Made by a program: the position numbers and the translations under genes. This document shows, piece after piece, positions 62,148-64,000 of a stretch of 64,000 bases of DNA. The DNA is from Naegleria gruberi (lineage: Eukaryota): the NCBI GenBank assembly GCA_000004985.1, contig GG738845.1. One strand, written 5' to 3'. Within the stretch, counting starts at the first letter, position 1. Each line of letters starts with the position of its first letter. The notes beneath the pieces were generated by a model. It saw only the letters and a list, made by a program, of their open reading frames with translations, was not told where the DNA came from and ran no database searches.

Positions 62148-62439
62148 ATTTATAATCTAGATTATTTAACAAGTAAAATTCTTGTTGTATTTGTTGTGGC
62201 CACGTGGTGGAGTCTTTTTTTTAAAAGTTATTTTCTATGGGCTGCTTTCAAGTTTTATTGTGATGGAAGTAAATTTAGCACACACGGAATATTCATCTAG
62301 GAATTGTAAAATCCGAAGTAAATTCCGAAGAAAAGGTTTTATTTGATTTTTTGTCATCCTCTCCAATAACAAGCCAAGATTTAATAACAAAGCTCCCAAA
62401 ACACTTCTATCGTTGGGTAGCCAGTAGTTTATTGTCACA

Positions 62440-62787
62440 TTAAAAATACAAATATCCTCCACCACCAAAATTTGTTGTTTGTCTCTTTGAAAATAATGAA
62501 GAGAAGAAGCTGTGTGTCACACCAATACCATCATCTTCTAGGTTTCTAATTTGAAACTCTTTTACCTGTTCTTTGGCTCGGATGTAGTTATCTGATAACG
62601 TTAAAATATTTGTTTTTTCTCTTCTCTGCAGTGAAGAAACGCTTCGAGAGAGTCTTTTTCGATAAGTTTCTTGATCAATGATTTGAGAGGCTTCATATGA
62701 AAGGTTTAATATTAAACCTCTTGTGTCTTCATTCATCTCTGAAGAATCCAATGTTTGCTTTCGTTTTTTCGATAATCGTTGACCCAT
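62440..62787 (-). CDS. Small 115-aa protein with an N-terminal myristoylation-type motif (MGQRLSKK...)
   Basis: Single ORF between Hsp110 and the HMG gene. Gly2 followed by Ser6 and basic residues. No homology recognised. Confidence 0.35.
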   Translation of the reverse strand: MGQRLSKKRKQTLDSSEMNEDTRGLILNLSYEASQIIDQETYRKRLSRSVSSLQRREKTNILTLSDNYIRAKEQVKEFQIRNLEDDGIGVTHSFFSSLFSKRQTTNFGGGGYLYF

Positions 62788-63241
62788 TATTTTTTTACAA
62801 TATTTGATAAACTATTTTTGTAAATAGTTTAAAAGGAGAAATAAACGCTTTTTTTTTCGTTGTGAATAATATGTCCTGAGGCAAGACAATTTTTGAAAGA
62901 GATAACATTAACATAGGGAAGAGAACATAGCGTATATCTTGCCATCTGAGTCATGCATGGTGTGGAAGTATTGAATAGGGCTAGGAAACAACATCTCTTG
63001 TTATCAACATTTATTAATTCAGATATTCACCAAGAAAAATGATTGCTAAGTTCAAATCAATATTGAAACTATTTCTACCTTAAACTGAAGACTACTAATC
63101 TTTTAACTCAAAATCTGGATGACAGCCGTTTTAGTAAAGCTCTGCTTTTGAATTGGATGAACATCAAGTTTTTCAGTCTTATTGTCTTGTACATCAAATC
63201 CATTCATTACCTTTAATTCTATAGAAATTGGGAAATATTAT

Positions 63242-64000
63242 TTATTTTCGAGATTTGTAAGAGTTTTTCTCTTCTTCACTTAGACTCTTCCAAGCTTCTG
63301 CAACTTTTTTTGAAATCTGGTTGATTGTAAGATTAGGATGTTGTTGTTGAAATTCGAGAAAGTGAATTTTGCAGAAAATATTATATGCATTGAGTGGCTT
63401 CTTAAGGACTGGAGTTGAATTTTTTGACTTTTCAATGTAAGGTTGTTTTTCATCATTGGAAAGGGATTTCCACTTCTCACCTATAAATTTAGAAATTTGG
63501 TTAATAGTTAAATCAGGATATTGTTCTTGGAATTCTGGAAAGTGAACTTTGCAAAAAATGTTATATGCGTTAAGTGGTCTTTTGACTCGAGAGTACTTTC
63601 CATTGTTATCCTTAATTATTTCCGAGAATTCATCATCTAATTGAAGAAATAGCTCACTATTCGAAAGGTCTCCCAGTTGAGCGACACCCATAACAACGGA
63701 TCGCTTCAAATAGCGATCACGCTCATCTTGCATTAAAGCTTTCCATTGCTCTCTAAGTAACAATGAATTCGATGCAGCATCTCTATGTAGTGGAACTGTT
63801 TCTCTACAATAAAGTTCAAACCCTAAACGATCCTCTTCAACAACTTCAGCACTTACATTACTTGGGTTGACAGGAGAACTTGATACAGTTGAATGAGTAT
63901 TGTTAGAATCTGATGATTCTAATACTTCGCTTCCTGGATTGATTGATCCATGTGTTGTATCAATTAAGCTAGCTAGCCTTGACCTATCAGCAGATGAAAA
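63242..64000 (-). CDS. Tandem HMG-box DNA-binding protein (MATA-HMG-like), 5'-partial (runs off window end)
   Basis: Two HMG boxes: KRPLNAYNIFCKVHFPEFQEQYPDLTINQISKFIGEKWKSLSNDEKQPY and KKPLNAYNIFCKIHFLEFQQQHPNLTINQISKKVAEAWKSLSEEEKNSY. The minus-strand frame stays open upstream of the first Met to position 64000. Confidence 0.75.
   Translation of the reverse strand, partial: FSSADRSRLASLIDTTHGSINPGSEVLESSDSNNTHSTVSSSPVNPSNVSAEVVEEDRLGFELYCRETVPLHRDAASNSLLLREQWKALMQDERDRYLKRSVVMGVAQLGDLSNSELFLQLDDEFSEIIKDNNGKYSRVKRPLNAYNIFCKVHFPEFQEQYPDLTINQISKFIGEKWKSLSNDEKQPYIEKSKNSTPVLKKPLNAYNIFCKIHFLEFQQQHPNLTINQISKKVAEAWKSLSEEEKNSYKSRK

Overview
This window is eukaryotic nuclear DNA, almost certainly fungal, not a prokaryotic locus. 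The evidence is short GT(A/C)AGT...AG introns that break most long ORFs, an AT-rich intergenic background (roughly 25-30% GC), and a fungal-type homocitrate synthase gene. About 30 protein-coding genes are packed on both strands, often with convergent 3' ends only 14-50 bp apart. Confidently recognisable products include: inorganic pyrophosphatase; a longin R-SNARE; homocitrate synthase; the UAP56/Sub2 DEAD-box helicase; an N-terminal-motor kinesin; prohibitin; UDP-GlcNAc pyrophosphorylase (cut by an assembly gap of N's); a dynamin-related GTPase; cytoplasmic leucyl-tRNA synthetase; the DDX10/Dbp4 helicase; mitochondrial ribosomal protein bL17; and an Hsp110/Sse1 chaperone. A tandem-HMG-box gene, resembling the MATA-HMG family, runs off the window end. 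There are no rRNA, tRNA or CRISPR features. The one clear non-genic block is a ~5.7 kb AT-rich island (about 25.99-31.7 kb). It is full of non-autonomous DNA-transposon (MITE-like) copies with terminal inverted repeats, including a nested/compound junction between two families. The most interesting single gene (55.9-59.7 kb) encodes only the N-terminal tail and start of the linker of a dynein heavy chain, with axonemal-like motifs. It ends in an acidic tail well before any AAA+ motor, and the Hsp110 gene sits 20 bp downstream on the opposite strand. Lineage inference (AT-rich early-diverging fungus, possibly Glomeromycotina- or Mucoromycota-like) is tentative and based only on sequence features visible here. 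All exon boundaries are hand-inferred and approximate.
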